64,000 nt of DNA from an uncultured archaeon (GTDB lineage Archaea; EX4484-52; JAADEF01), in contig CAYOWP010000001.1 of NCBI GenBank assembly GCA_964407715.1, positions 1-64,000 of the forward strand. Direction: 5' to 3'. Below, in pieces: positions 49,312 to 60,551 of this stretch. Numbering within the stretch: position 1 is the stretch's first letter; each line of letters opens with the position of its first letter. A program made the position numbers and the translations under genes. The notes below the pieces were generated by a model. It worked only from the letters and a program-made list of their open reading frames with translations. It was not told where the DNA came from and ran no database searches.

Positions 49312-51195
49312 ATGATTATACCTGAGAAAATGTGTAGGGTAACAATCATTGGATTAAAAGATAATATGAATAAAATTATAAATTATTTATATGCAAACTC
49401 TGTTATGCATTTAGAAAAGGTTAAAGTTGAGGGAAAAAGCATATCTCTTGCGGATGATGAATTAAGATATTTGGATTTGGATTCTAAGATAAATTCTTTA
49501 TTCTCAAATTTAGAGAAGGTTATAGAGATAAAGGAGCCTAAAACTTTTAAGAGAATAAATGATAAAGAATTGAAAAAAGGAGAGAAATTAATTGAAAGAT
49601 TTGCAAATTTATTTAGGGAACTTGATGAAATGGAAAAAGAGATGTCTTGTTTGAAAGAAGATTATGAAATCATCAATTTATTGGTTAGGATGGGCATCTC
49701 AGATTTGGGATATATGAAAGACATAGTGAAGCATCTTATTGTTGTTGGAACAATTTCCAAGGATAAAACATCAAAATTTATAGATACATTAACATACCTC
49801 AAAAAGAAGGAAAATATAGAGGTGTATCTAAAAAGAGGAAGGAACAGGGATTATGCTTTAGTTATTACACTAAAAGATAATCCTTACATAGGAGAGATCT
49901 TTTCATTGATGGATACTCATTATATCTTAGAGGAAGTATATAAAAGGTTTAAAACTAAACAAAGAAATGTACAAGCGTTGTTCAAGGAGATTTCAAATAA
50001 AATCTCAAGAATTGAAGAGAAATATAAAAGAACTCTTTCTGAGATTTGTATGCTATATAATAGTAATAAAGAACTGCTTTGGAATATGAGATATGACCTC
50101 GCTAATAAAGTAAACAAGATTAGAGGTTATGATAAGTTCAAAGAAAGGGAATATGTATACATCATTAAAGGATATATTCCTTCAAACAGAACAAAAAGCA
50201 TAATTAACGGAATAAAAAAAATAGATCCAAATGTAATGATAGAGATTGAGGAAATAGATGAAGGCGATGCTCCTGTGAGCTTAAAATATCCAAAGATTCT
50301 TAAAGGCATACATTTTCTCCTTGAGGCATATGGTTTACCGGCATATGGATATATAGATCCAAGCATCATTATGCTCTTTACTTTTCCTTTGTTTTACGGA
50401 TTTATATTGGGGGATATTGGATATGGTCTTTCTTTGCTTATTGCTTCTCTACTTCTTCGCAGAGTTATTAAATCTCAAGGCATAAAACTCTTAAGTAATG
50501 TTTTAATTTTGTCATCGATTTCTTCTATTATTTTTGGAATAATTTTTGGGGAGTTCTTTGGTGCTGAAGAAATTTTTGGATATAAAATGCATCCTTTGCT
50601 ACATAGAATGCATGAGATAAATGAGTTAATCATCATAAGCATAGTTATTGGAGTTCTTCACATAAATATGGGTTTGATTCTTGGAGTTATTCAGGATATC
50701 ATTCATAAAAAATATCTTCATGCATTAACACATAGAATTAGTTGGATGCTTCTTCAGTGTGGTGTTGCATGTCTAGGTTATGGGTATTATAGCAATATTT
50801 CTTTATATGTTCTTATGGGATATTTTCTCTTGATTTTTGGAATTGGAATGATTTATTATGCAGAGAAATTGAAAGGTATATTTGAGTTGCCTAGTATTTT
50901 CACTAACATTCTTTCGTATGTTAGGTTGGGTGCTGTTGGGTTGAGCTCTGTTTCAATTGCTTATGTTATTAATCTTTTTGTTGAGATGTTCTTTGAAAAA
51001 CATGCATTGTGGGGATATCTTATTGGCATGCTTATCTTTTTGATAGGACATGTTTTTAATCTTATATTAGGTGTTATTGGTCCTTTTCTTCACAGTTTAA
51101 GGTTGCATTATGTTGAGTTCTTTACAAAGTTTTATAAATCAGGTGGTGAAAAGTATACTCCTTATGGGTGGATAAAATACTTGAACACAAAATGA
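49312..51195 (+). CDS. atpI: A-type ATP synthase subunit I (a)
   Basis: PEKM, GDIGYG, SYVRL and LRLHYVEFFTKFY. Confidence 0.95.
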   Translation: MIIPEKMCRVTIIGLKDNMNKIINYLYANSVMHLEKVKVEGKSISLADDELRYLDLDSKINSLFSNLEKVIEIKEPKTFKRINDKELKKGEKLIERFANLFRELDEMEKEMSCLKEDYEIINLLVRMGISDLGYMKDIVKHLIVVGTISKDKTSKFIDTLTYLKKKENIEVYLKRGRNRDYALVITLKDNPYIGEIFSLMDTHYILEEVYKRFKTKQRNVQALFKEISNKISRIEEKYKRTLSEICMLYNSNKELLWNMRYDLANKVNKIRGYDKFKEREYVYIIKGYIPSNRTKSIINGIKKIDPNVMIEIEEIDEGDAPVSLKYPKILKGIHFLLEAYGLPAYGYIDPSIIMLFTFPLFYGFILGDIGYGLSLLIASLLLRRVIKSQGIKLLSNVLILSSISSIIFGIIFGEFFGAEEIFGYKMHPLLHRMHEINELIIISIVIGVLHINMGLILGVIQDIIHKKYLHALTHRISWMLLQCGVACLGYGYYSNISLYVLMGYFLLIFGIGMIYYAEKLKGIFELPSIFTNILSYVRLGAVGLSSVSIAYVINLFVEMFFEKHALWGYLIGMLIFLIGHVFNLILGVIGPFLHSLRLHYVEFFTKFYKSGGEKYTPYGWIKYLNTK

Positions 51196-51217
51196 TGTCT
51201 TTTAGGAGGTGTTTTGT

Positions 51218-51439
51218 ATGGTAGAGGAGATTGGAATGAAAGCATTGGCTGCTTCATTAGCGCTGGGTATAAGTGCTTTGGGAAGTGGTATTGCAGAAGC
51301 AAAGATAGGTGCATCTGCTGTTGCCGCTATGGCAGAGGATGAGAAATTCTTTGGAAAGGGATTGTTGATGACTGTGATTCCTGAAACATTGGCAATATTT
51401 GGTTTTGCAGTAGCGTTGTTAATATTGTTTGTGATGTAG
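51218..51439 (+). CDS. atpK: A-type ATP synthase subunit K (c, proteolipid)
   Basis: Single hairpin with PET carboxylate; SD AGGAGGTG. Confidence 0.93.
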   Translation: MVEEIGMKALAASLALGISALGSGIAEAKIGASAVAAMAEDEKFFGKGLLMTVIPETLAIFGFAVALLILFVM

Positions 51440-51496
51440 CAGTAGAGATTTATTTTTTGATTTTGTTTCATTAATATGTCATTTGTGGTGATGATA

Positions 51497-52042
51497 ATGA
51501 ATAAAGGAGAAAGGTTAAAAGAAATCATATTGCTAAAGGCTGAGAAAGAAGCATTAAAGATTGAGGAAGACATTAAGAGAGAGATAAGTGAAAGAAAGAA
51601 GAAAGATGAGAAGGAGCTTAAAAAAGAGATGAAAGATTATGAGGAATCAAAAAAGAGAGAGATTGATAAAAGGATTGAGGAGGAATATTACAGAAGAATT
51701 TATGAAATAAAAAAATCTGTTAATCTAGAGAAAAAGAGATATGTTGAGGAGAAAATTGAAGAAATTTTGGGAGAGGTATTGAATATAAAAGATAAAGACA
51801 AAAGGAAGATATATGAGGAGATGAGAAGAATAATAGAAAGTTCATCGTTAAGAAATCCTGTAATTGTTTATCCTGAAAAAGATAAGGAAATTGTTGAGGA
51901 TGTCTTTCAAGGATATCAATTGAGATCCTCAAATGAAATAAAATTTGGTGTTATGGCTGTTGAGAAGAATGAAATCATAGATTTATCATTAACAGGAATA
52001 AGGGAGATTTTAGATGAGAAGATAAAGGCGATGTTAATATGA
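51497..52042 (+). CDS. atpE: A-type ATP synthase subunit E
   Basis: Operon position, N-terminal coiled coil and IKFGVM...IDLSL. Confidence 0.78.
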   Translation: MNKGERLKEIILLKAEKEALKIEEDIKREISERKKKDEKELKKEMKDYEESKKREIDKRIEEEYYRRIYEIKKSVNLEKKRYVEEKIEEILGEVLNIKDKDKRKIYEEMRRIIESSSLRNPVIVYPEKDKEIVEDVFQGYQLRSSNEIKFGVMAVEKNEIIDLSLTGIREILDEKIKAMLI

Positions 52043-53022
52043 TGGAGCATATTTACACAAGGATGAGGAGCAGGAGTGTTAGATTATTAAGGAAAGAGGA
52101 TTGTGAGATGTTATTAGAAAAATCTGCTCCAGAAATCATAGAATTTTTGAAACCACACAGTAGATTCTATCGCATTTTCTCGCAGGAATATGCTTTGTTC
52201 TATTCTTCTGAGGATTTAATAAGCATAATAAGTAAAGGAAGGTATCTTTCACCTTTACTTGAATTTAAAGGATATGCTGAGCTGCTTAATGATGACAAAG
52301 CTAAGGTTCTGTTGGATTCTTATCTATATCAGTTCAAATCTAAGATTCTTATGGTATTGCTTGCAGGATTATATTCAAATAAGCCATTTGAGGAGATCAA
52401 ATCACTAATTATTACAACTCCTGCAATTAATAAGGTTTTAGAAGCAAGATATGCTCCTGCTCATGTATATGACTTAACATTTATGCTTTTGGACAATAAG
52501 GAGATAAGCATAAAAGTGCAAGATTTCTTTAATAAAGGAGATTTTGATGCTCTTACCAAGCTACTTCAAATGAGCAGATTAGAGAAATTGAATATCCTGT
52601 ATGATACCTTTAAAGAAGAAGATTTCATTAGAGCATATATTTATTATGAGATATTAGATATTTGTTTGAAATTAGAGAATCTCCATCTTGAATTAGAGTC
52701 AAATCATCTTCACATCATTAGGGAGATTAACAAATTTATGAAGGATAAGGGATATGCTTATAAGATACTCAAGAGATTCTTTGGAGAAGATATAGGAGGT
52801 GATGCCAATAAGAGAGTTCTTGATAAATTAAAAAGCATGCTTTATAAAAAGGCTCGAGATGTATTTATGAGACATCCATTTACATATAGCGCTTTATTGG
52901 GATATGTGCTCTTACTTGAAAGGGAATTTAGGGTTGTAAATTTGATTGCTAAATATAAGATATATGGAGAGAAGATAGGAGAAGAAAAAATAAGAAAGAC
53001 GATAAGTGAGTGCTATGATTAA
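52039..53022 (+). CDS. atpC: A-type ATP synthase subunit C
   Basis: YTRMRS...LL start and PFTYSALLGYVLLLERE; operon position. Confidence 0.8.
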   Translation: MMEHIYTRMRSRSVRLLRKEDCEMLLEKSAPEIIEFLKPHSRFYRIFSQEYALFYSSEDLISIISKGRYLSPLLEFKGYAELLNDDKAKVLLDSYLYQFKSKILMVLLAGLYSNKPFEEIKSLIITTPAINKVLEARYAPAHVYDLTFMLLDNKEISIKVQDFFNKGDFDALTKLLQMSRLEKLNILYDTFKEEDFIRAYIYYEILDICLKLENLHLELESNHLHIIREINKFMKDKGYAYKILKRFFGEDIGGDANKRVLDKLKSMLYKKARDVFMRHPFTYSALLGYVLLLEREFRVVNLIAKYKIYGEKIGEEKIRKTISECYD

Positions 53023-53311
53023 GATTGTTGGTTATGGAGACTTTGTGAGAGGGTTTAGATTGATTGGGGTTAAAAACATTATGCTTATCAAAATAGGTTC
53101 AGAGAGCCATGTGGAGTCATTATTAGAGGAGGATATTCCACTAGTGATATTAGATGGAAGGGTCTTTGAGAAATTAAAACCATATATCAAGGATAAGATT
53201 ATTACCTCAAAAAAACCTTTGTTTTTTGTGTTAAATCCAGAGAAAAGTGATGATGAGAGCATGAGATTAATGATTAAGAGAGCATTAGGTGTTGAGATAG
53301 AGAACATATAA
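53015..53311 (+). CDS. atpF: A-type ATP synthase subunit F
   Basis: GFRLIGV and IKRALGVEI. Confidence 0.9.
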   Translation: MIKIVGYGDFVRGFRLIGVKNIMLIKIGSESHVESLLEEDIPLVILDGRVFEKLKPYIKDKIITSKKPLFFVLNPEKSDDESMRLMIKRALGVEIENI

Positions 53312-53329
53312 AATATGTGGGTGATTAAT

Positions 53330-55081
53330 ATGCCAAAAAAGGAGGGAAGGATTTATAGAGTATCTGGTCCTGTAATTATAGCAGAGAATTTGGATGCTAA
53401 TATGTATGATGTTGTCTATGTAGGGGAGGAAGAGCTTATAGGAGAGGTTATCCAGATTGATGGTAATAGAGTTACTGTTCAGGTTTATGAGGACACATCA
53501 GGCTTAAAACCTGGAGAAAAGGTTATAACTTATAATCAACCTTTGACAGTAGAGTTGGGCCCAGGGATATTAAAGAGTATTTATGATGGAATTCAAAGAC
53601 CACTAGATGTACTTAAGGGCTTGCAGGGAGATTTCATTAAAAGAGGAGCAAGAGTTAATGCCTTAGATAGAAAAAAGAAATGGAAGTTTAAGCCATTAGT
53701 CAAAAAGGGAGATGTAGTGAAGGCAGGAGATATTATAGGAGAGGTCAAAGAAACGGATCTCATTACTCACAAAATACTTGTGCCTCCTAACTATCGTGGA
53801 GGTAAAGTGGTTGAGATTAAAGATGGATCCTTTAGTGTTGAGGAGGTTATTGCAAAGTTGGATAGTGGTGAAGAAATAAAGATGATGCATATATGGCCAA
53901 TTAGAAAACCTAGACCTTATAAAGAAAAGTTACCTCCAGTTGTGCCAATGATTACTGGCATGAGAATTTTGGATGCTCTCTTTCCTATTGCAAAAGGAGG
54001 AACTGCAGCCATACCTGGGCCATTTGGTTCTGGTAAGACAGTCACACAACAAAGTTTGGCAAAATATTCGGATGCCCAGGTTATTGTTTATATTGGATGT
54101 GGGGAGCGTGGCAATGAGATGACAGAAGTGCTTGAGGAATTTCCTGAATTAATAGACCCTAATAGCGGTAAGCCATTAATGAATCGTACTGTCTTAGTGG
54201 CTAACACATCAAACATGCCTGTTGCAGCAAGAGAGGCAAGTATCTATACTGGGATTACGCTTGCTGAGTACTATAGGGACATGGGATATGATGTTGCTCT
54301 TATGGCTGACTCAACTTCAAGATGGGCAGAGGCTATGAGGGAGATAAGCTCTAGGTTGGAGGAGATTCCTGGAGAAGAGGGATATCCTGCAAAGCTTTCA
54401 TCTAAATTATCAGAGTTCTATGAAAGAGCAGGAAGAGTTGTGACTTTAAGCGGGAAAAAAGGATCTGTTACGGTTATTGGTGCTGTTTCTCCTCCTGGGG
54501 GAGACTTTTCAGAGCCTGTCACTCAAGGTACCTTGAGAATAGTAAAAGTATTCTGGGCTTTGGATGCAAAATTAGCAAGAAGAAAGCACTTTCCAGCCAT
54601 AAATTGGTTGCAAAGCTATAGCTTATATAAGGAAACCTTGTCAGAGTGGTTTGCTGAGAATGTTGCGAAGGATTGGGATAAGAAAATTAACCGAGCTATG
54701 AGCATACTTCAAGAAGAGGAGAAATTACAGGAGATTGTGCAGCTTGTTGGAAGTGATGCACTTCCTGATAAGGAGCAAGGAATTCTCTTAACTGCAAGGC
54801 TTTTAAGGGAGTTCTTTTTACAACAAAATGCATATGATGAGAATGATGCTTATAGCAATGTACAAAAGACAAACTTAATATTAGATGTTATATTGCAGGT
54901 TGATGACCTCATTAGAGATGCCATTTCTAAAGGCATAAAAGCCAAGGATCTTACTGGAATGAGGTCGCTTAGCAGAATAGCAGAGATAAGATATTCCAAG
55001 GATTATGCGAAGATTGCAAAAGAGGTAATGGAAGAGATAAAGGGAGAGATAGAAAATATAGAGAAATTATATGCTCAATGA
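53330..55081 (+). CDS. atpA: A-type ATP synthase subunit A
   Basis: GPFGSGKT, GCGERGNE, DSTSRWAEA and PAINWLQSYS; no intein. Confidence 0.97.
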   Translation: MPKKEGRIYRVSGPVIIAENLDANMYDVVYVGEEELIGEVIQIDGNRVTVQVYEDTSGLKPGEKVITYNQPLTVELGPGILKSIYDGIQRPLDVLKGLQGDFIKRGARVNALDRKKKWKFKPLVKKGDVVKAGDIIGEVKETDLITHKILVPPNYRGGKVVEIKDGSFSVEEVIAKLDSGEEIKMMHIWPIRKPRPYKEKLPPVVPMITGMRILDALFPIAKGGTAAIPGPFGSGKTVTQQSLAKYSDAQVIVYIGCGERGNEMTEVLEEFPELIDPNSGKPLMNRTVLVANTSNMPVAAREASIYTGITLAEYYRDMGYDVALMADSTSRWAEAMREISSRLEEIPGEEGYPAKLSSKLSEFYERAGRVVTLSGKKGSVTVIGAVSPPGGDFSEPVTQGTLRIVKVFWALDAKLARRKHFPAINWLQSYSLYKETLSEWFAENVAKDWDKKINRAMSILQEEEKLQEIVQLVGSDALPDKEQGILLTARLLREFFLQQNAYDENDAYSNVQKTNLILDVILQVDDLIRDAISKGIKAKDLTGMRSLSRIAEIRYSKDYAKIAKEVMEEIKGEIENIEKLYAQ

Positions 55082-55110
55082 TTAATTAGGTGGATAAAGA
55101 GGTGATTATT

Positions 55111-56520
55111 ATGGGAAAAGCAGAAACCTTAAAGGAATACAAAACAATTGAGGCAATTAAAGGTCCACTATTATTTGTTAAGAAAACTCATGCTGTTGGA
55201 TATGGAGAAATTGTCAAGATAAAGTTGGATAATGGTGAAGTAAAACTTGGGCAGGTATTGGATACTAGCAAGGATCTTGTGGTTGTTCAGAGTTTTGAGG
55301 AAACCACAAGTATGAGCTTAACCACATCTGTTAGATTCCTAGGAGAGGTTTTTAGATTTAAGGTTAGTGATGAAATCATTGGCAGAATCTTTAATGGAAG
55401 AGGAGAATTAATAGATAAGGGTTTGGATATTGTAAAGGGAGAAAAATGGGATATTATAGGAAGTGCTATTAACCCTTATGCTCGTGCAAAACCTCAGGAT
55501 TTTATACAGACAGGTATCTCCACTATAGATGTGATGCATACTTTGGTAAGAGGACAGAAATTACCGATCTTCTCTGGCAGTGGTTTGCCTCACAATGATA
55601 TTGCTTTGCAGATTGCAAGACAAGCGCAAGTGCCAGGAAAGGAAGAGGATTTTGCAGTGGTTTTTGCTGCAATGGGTATTACTCATGAGGAGGCATATAA
55701 GTTCATAAATGAATTTGAGAAGACTGGTGCCATTGAAAGAGCAGTTGTGTTTTTGAATCTTGCAAGTGATCCAGCATCTGAGAGATTGCTAACTCCAAGA
55801 TTGGCTTTAACATCAGCAGAGTATTTGGCATATGAAAAAGGAATGCATGTTCTTGTTATTTTGACAGACATGACCAATTATGCTGAATCTCTAAGAGAGA
55901 TTGCATCTGCACGTGAAGAAATTCCTGGAAGGAGAGGATATCCAGGTTACATGTATACTGATTTTGCAACGATTTATGAAAGAGCAGGGATGATAAAAGG
56001 CAAGAAGGGTTCTATTACTCAGATGCCTATCTTAACTATGCCTGGAGATGACATTACACATCCAATTCCTGATCTTACTGGATACATAACTGAAGGACAA
56101 ATTGTGCTTGGTAGAGAGCTACACCGCAAAGGCATATATCCACCTGTGGATGTATTGCTTGGTTTGAGTAGATTGATGAATAATGGAATTGGTAAAGGCA
56201 AAACAAGAGAGGATCATAAGGAAGTTTATGAGCAGCTTTATTCTGCATATGCTGAAGGTAAGGATTTAAGGGGATTGGTTGCCATTGTTGGTAGGGATGC
56301 TCTTAGTGAGAGAGATATAAGGTTCTTAGATTTCGCTGATGCATTTGAGGATAAATTTGTAAGACAAGGAATGTATGAGAACAGAAGCATAGAGGAGAGT
56401 TTAGATTTAGCATGGGATTTGTTTAGTATGATTCCAGAGCATGAGTTGGTTAAGTTGAAGCCAGAGACAAAGAAGAAGTATTATAAGGGCTTCAAGGGTG
56501 ATTTTAGAGGGACAGCATGA
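55111..56520 (+). CDS. atpB: A-type ATP synthase subunit B
   Basis: [26 protein letters not shown] and [16 protein letters not shown]. Confidence 0.97.
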   Translation: MGKAETLKEYKTIEAIKGPLLFVKKTHAVGYGEIVKIKLDNGEVKLGQVLDTSKDLVVVQSFEETTSMSLTTSVRFLGEVFRFKVSDEIIGRIFNGRGELIDKGLDIVKGEKWDIIGSAINPYARAKPQDFIQTGISTIDVMHTLVRGQKLPIFSGSGLPHNDIALQIARQAQVPGKEEDFAVVFAAMGITHEEAYKFINEFEKTGAIERAVVFLNLASDPASERLLTPRLALTSAEYLAYEKGMHVLVILTDMTNYAESLREIASAREEIPGRRGYPGYMYTDFATIYERAGMIKGKKGSITQMPILTMPGDDITHPIPDLTGYITEGQIVLGRELHRKGIYPPVDVLLGLSRLMNNGIGKGKTREDHKEVYEQLYSAYAEGKDLRGLVAIVGRDALSERDIRFLDFADAFEDKFVRQGMYENRSIEESLDLAWDLFSMIPEHELVKLKPETKKKYYKGFKGDFRGTA

Positions 56521-57134
56521 AAGATATAAAGCCTACACGAATGGAGCTTTTGGAGTTAAAGAAAAAGCTAAATTTAGCTATAAATGGCCATAGGCTCTTA
56601 AAGAAGAAGAGAGACGGCTTGATTATGGAATTGAGAAGTATGCTTAAAGATGTTAGGCATATCAAGGCTCAGCTTGTTGAGAAGTTACGCATGGCTAATG
56701 AGCTAATACTTAACATAGAGATGAATGAAAGTCCTGAGGAGATTGAGTTAGTGAGTGGTATAATGATGAAAAGTGCGCATGCAGAGGTGCTAATTAGGAA
56801 TGTCATGGGTGTGCCATTGCCAAAGATAAAGGGAGAAATTTCTGGTAGGGAATTTGAGAAAAGTAAATATGCCTTGACATTTTTTTCTTTGGATGTTATT
56901 AGGGCTGTGAGATTATATGAGGAGATATTCCTTGAGATTCTCAAAACGGCAGAGATAGATATGAGCATAAGAAATCTCCTTGAGGAGATTGAAAAAACAA
57001 AGAGGAGAGTTAATGCCTTGGAGAATAAAGTAATTCCTGAAATACAAGAAAGTATTGCGTGGATTAAGATGATGCTTGATGAAATGGAAAGGGAGAATCT
57101 CATCAGATTAAAAAGGATTAAAGGAAAAAGGTGA
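56517..57134 (+). CDS. atpD: A-type ATP synthase subunit D
   Basis: [16 protein letters not shown] and [10 protein letters not shown]. Confidence 0.95.
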   Translation: MKDIKPTRMELLELKKKLNLAINGHRLLKKKRDGLIMELRSMLKDVRHIKAQLVEKLRMANELILNIEMNESPEEIELVSGIMMKSAHAEVLIRNVMGVPLPKIKGEISGREFEKSKYALTFFSLDVIRAVRLYEEIFLEILKTAEIDMSIRNLLEEIEKTKRRVNALENKVIPEIQESIAWIKMMLDEMERENLIRLKRIKGKR

Positions 57135-57167
57135 TGTTTCACATCAACAAATTTCTCAAGAGAAATT

Positions 57168-57435
57168 TGGTTAACGAGAAAGCATCTTTTCCAAGAGGTT
57201 TAGAGCATGCTAACCATTGAAAAAGGTTATGTGCTGCAAGTCGGTTTTTGATATTGGGCATCTTCCCATTAACCAAATTTTCTAATAAAAAACAATTGTT
57301 AACAGGAAAATATCGATATTCTCCAGTGAATGCGGCATGCTAACCTTTTGATAAGGCTAGGTGCTGTAAATGTGCCATTTGAATGGCTATACTTTCCCTT
57401 AACCAATTTTAAATAAAAATTGTTAACGAGAAATA
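57168..57435. repeat. Palindromic-unit array (2 diverged units plus a partial)
   Basis: TGGTTAAC...GCATGCTAACC-N9-GG(T/C)TA...TTAACCA twice, between convergent atpD and hjc. Confidence 0.85.
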
Positions 57436-57440
57436 TCATT

Positions 57441-57785
57441 CTAACAAAACTCTGTTAGATCTATAAGATATATATCACCTTTCTTAATGATATTCGTTAA
57501 AGGTACAAAGTGAATTTTTGTATTATATTTGATTGCGTACATTCCTTCTCCATTAAATGCCTTGCTCACGTTTTCTAAGTTTTTAACTTCTTCTTTTTTT
57601 AGATAGAGTTGTGGTTTTGATGTTACTTTGCACTCCATTACCATTATTTTGCCATCTTTTCCAGCAATCAAATCAGGCTTCTTACTCCCTGCTGACCTTA
57701 TAACATACCATCCTTCCTTTTCAAGCATCTCTTTAACCTTTCTCTCAAGCTTGTACCCTTTAAAGTATTTTTTTCTGAGAGGCAT
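57441..57785 (-). CDS. hjc: Holliday junction resolvase
   Basis: GYKLER, GWYVIRSAGS, PDLIA and MECK. Confidence 0.9.
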   Translation of the reverse strand: MPLRKKYFKGYKLERKVKEMLEKEGWYVIRSAGSKKPDLIAGKDGKIMVMECKVTSKPQLYLKKEEVKNLENVSKAFNGEGMYAIKYNTKIHFVPLTNIIKKGDIYLIDLTEFC

Positions 57786-58072
57786 ATATAAGATATAGGA
57801 TGATGAGGAATATATTATTAAGTGTTAGGTTTCACCGATAATACTTTAAAAAATGAAAATTTTTGTGTTTTTGCATTTTCATTTATTGGAAGCAAACTTC
57901 GAAAATTTATCTCAACTTTTTTAAGGTAGCCGTTTGTAAGATACTGAAAATATCTTCTCCTTCTTTTAACTTTTTAAGTAAGTTTTGAAACAGTTGACCT
58001 TCAGGATAATTTGTCTTCTCTTGAAGCATGAGTGTTTGTTCCCCTTCGTTAATCTTTAACATGTGTTTAATC

Positions 58073-58315
58073 TCATTCGTCCTCAGCGGCTTCAAGAATT
58101 AGTTTTAAGTATTTCATAATTATAGCCTTACATTTATCATCTACTTTTGGTAATATTTGTAGTATTTGGCATATCCCATTACCTCCATCCCAATAAATTA
58201 CATCACACTCTTTACCCTCTGCTATCCAAACTCTCTCCCCAAGATATGGAATTTTTCTATGAGGTGTCCTATTGCCAATAATTTCTGATAAAGTATTCAC
58301 ATCAACTTCTACCAT
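58073..58315 (-). CDS. Small hypothetical protein
   Basis: 80-aa ORF overlapping the nuclease stop, with a GAGGTG SD. Confidence 0.5.
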   Translation of the reverse strand: MVEVDVNTLSEIIGNRTPHRKIPYLGERVWIAEGKECDVIYWDGGNGICQILQILPKVDDKCKAIIMKYLKLILEAAEDE

Positions 58316-59276
58316 TTTGCATCACCTCAAGATTCAAAATATTAAATAAACCCTCAAAAGTATACTCTGATTCCTGCTCTATATTTTCAAATGAATATTT
58401 CATTACCATGATATTATCAGAGAAATTTATTCTTCGTGGAAAATCTTTTGCTACGAGTATTCCACCTTTACATTCATTTCCATATTCCTGTATATAATTT
58501 TGAAGTTGCTGAAAATCTTTTATAGAAGCTTTTCCCTTTTTCACTTCTACTAGCAGATAAATATTACTTGTCTGTGGATGCTTTAACTTAATGAATATAT
58601 CTACAAAACCTTCTGGAAGAGCTTTTTCCCCTAAAATCTCAAAATCATCTGGTTTGTTGTTGATATCAAAATAATCCAATATATCCTCTATTTTTTCACT
58701 AAGTTTTTTGCGAACTAGTGATTGAAGAATTAACTCATGGAAACAGAATTTCTCTGGAATATTTTGCTTATCTTTTCTAAAGACAATTTTTGGAGTAAAA
58801 GTGTCCCTATTTAGATCTAATGACTCGCATTTTCCAGTAAAAACAGAACCCATAGTGGATACATTATAAAGGGTAATGGTGTCAGCTTGAAAATGTGTTT
58901 TTCTGTATCCACCCCTTAACAATAGATTTTCTGCAACATAAGCAAATTCAGGTCTAATCATAGGTTCATCTAAAGTCCTTTCCTGTTTTAAATATAATCT
59001 GAACGGAAAATAATAGGTTTTTCCTGACATTCTAAAAGTTACCGGTGGCCAAGGTGGAAGATTTTCAGCATCCTTGTAAGCTACCTTTTTAATGACCTTG
59101 TATAGGTTTCTCACTCTTGCTCCATAGAGAAAGGAGATATAATCTCCTTCTTCTATATCAAAATATGTCCATAGTCCATTTATACTGTTAGTAAATCCTG
59201 CAAGCGCGTATTTTATACATAATTCAAGATTTTTACGATTTGAAACAGATATGAGGAAATAATTTGGTGTTTTCAC
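58302..59276 (-). CDS. Putative endonuclease: EVE/PUA-like N-domain plus PD-(D/E)XK (NucS/Mrr-like) C-domain
   Basis: N-terminal [11 protein letters not shown]; C-terminal E...VDI...LVEVKK...QLQNY. Confidence 0.7.
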   Translation of the reverse strand: MKTPNYFLISVSNRKNLELCIKYALAGFTNSINGLWTYFDIEEGDYISFLYGARVRNLYKVIKKVAYKDAENLPPWPPVTFRMSGKTYYFPFRLYLKQERTLDEPMIRPEFAYVAENLLLRGGYRKTHFQADTITLYNVSTMGSVFTGKCESLDLNRDTFTPKIVFRKDKQNIPEKFCFHELILQSLVRKKLSEKIEDILDYFDINNKPDDFEILGEKALPEGFVDIFIKLKHPQTSNIYLLVEVKKGKASIKDFQQLQNYIQEYGNECKGGILVAKDFPRRINFSDNIMVMKYSFENIEQESEYTFEGLFNILNLEVMQNGRS

Positions 59277-59278
59277 AT

Positions 59279-59701
59279 TTATCCCCCTACTCTCAAAATT
59301 TTCTTTAGAATATTCTCTAACCTATCCAAAGTTAGCATTACAGCATCTATGTTTATATCAATACCAATTGCATTTCTAAAAAGTAATTTTGCTTCGATCA
59401 AAGTCGTTCCAGATCCTACAAATGGATCTAAAATTATATCTCCTTCATTTGAATACCTTAATATCAAATTCCTTGCAACTTGAGGTGCCCAATTTCCCCG
59501 ATATTTTGCATTGAGATAATGTGTAGCCCAATCACCACGCCTGGGAAAGCTCCAAACATTAGTTGCTTCCAACTCGAATTTTTCAGGTTGTAATGTTTTT
59601 ATTTTCCAATTTTTACCTATTTCAAGTTTTGTATCTTCTATTACCACGAATTTATGTTCTTTGATGAATTTAAGATACTCTTCATAGGTTACCTCTTTCA
59701 T
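59279..59701 (-). pseudogene. Truncated N4C/N6A DNA methyltransferase
   Basis: WATH..YRGNWAPQ and SAM motif DPFVGSGTT are present, but the ORF stops before any (D/N/S/H)PPY catalytic motif. Confidence 0.7.
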
Positions 59702-59971
59702 GGAAAGGCATTTTTTAGTCATCTTACTTCCTCCAACTGTATTTCTTTTACCTTTTTATTCATCCCTGATCTCAAACTTTTCATGCAAACATTTTATTTT
59801 CGCTTTTAGTAATCCCCATAAGAATAGTATGATAAGTTTTAATAAAATCATTTATTTAAAATTTTAAATTTTTTACTTTATAATCTTGTGAAAAATGACA
59901 TTATAAAAAAGTACACATAATATCTAACTGAAATGATGCTTAACTGAAGATACTCTTTTTATATTGTTAAT

Positions 59972-60505
59972 TCAAGTACCATTCCCCTCAACAACCTTAA
60001 TGCAATACTCTCCTTTCGGTAATTTCATCATGGCTCTTCTCAGAGCTTCCTTTGCTATCTCTACTTTGTCATTGTCAACTCTAATGAAATAAATTCCTTG
60101 ACCTTTTGCAACTCTTGCTGCTCTTGCTTTAGGCTTACCAAATGGATGGCTCATACCTTGATAAAATCTATCAGCCTGTGCAACAGCAGCCTGGGCATGT
60201 TCCCTCAATACATGATGAGGATAAACCTTAACCTTTAAAAAGAAGCTTTTATCATCCATCTTCTTTTTGAGATAATTCACAGCAGCCACTCTTCCTGCCT
60301 CTAATGCATTATGCCTTATCTGCACATTTTTCTTTGCTATTAAATATAATGTCTTATCAAACTCTTTTTCTTTATTTCCTATCTCAAATACTACTAATTT
60401 CATTCCAGGAACTCCCTTTATATATGCCTTTCTTGGAACCCTTACCGCGGTTCTTGTATAGGGTCTTTTCCATTTTCTATACACACGTGCAGGTCTTAAA
60501 CCCAT
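59972..60505 (-). CDS. rpl10e: 50S ribosomal protein uL16 (L10e)
   Basis: LRPARVYR, QIRHNALEA, YPHHVLRE and GMSHPFGKP. Confidence 0.96.
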   Translation of the reverse strand: MGLRPARVYRKWKRPYTRTAVRVPRKAYIKGVPGMKLVVFEIGNKEKEFDKTLYLIAKKNVQIRHNALEAGRVAAVNYLKKKMDDKSFFLKVKVYPHHVLREHAQAAVAQADRFYQGMSHPFGKPKARAARVAKGQGIYFIRVDNDKVEIAKEALRRAMMKLPKGEYCIKVVEGNGT

Positions 60506-60551
60506 AACCATCACCTATAAAAGAGATTATATTGATAGATTTTAAAAAGTT

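Noticed and set aside
57907-58095. 62-aa ORF
   Set aside because: There are no recognisable motifs; it is probably a remnant within the decayed defence islet.
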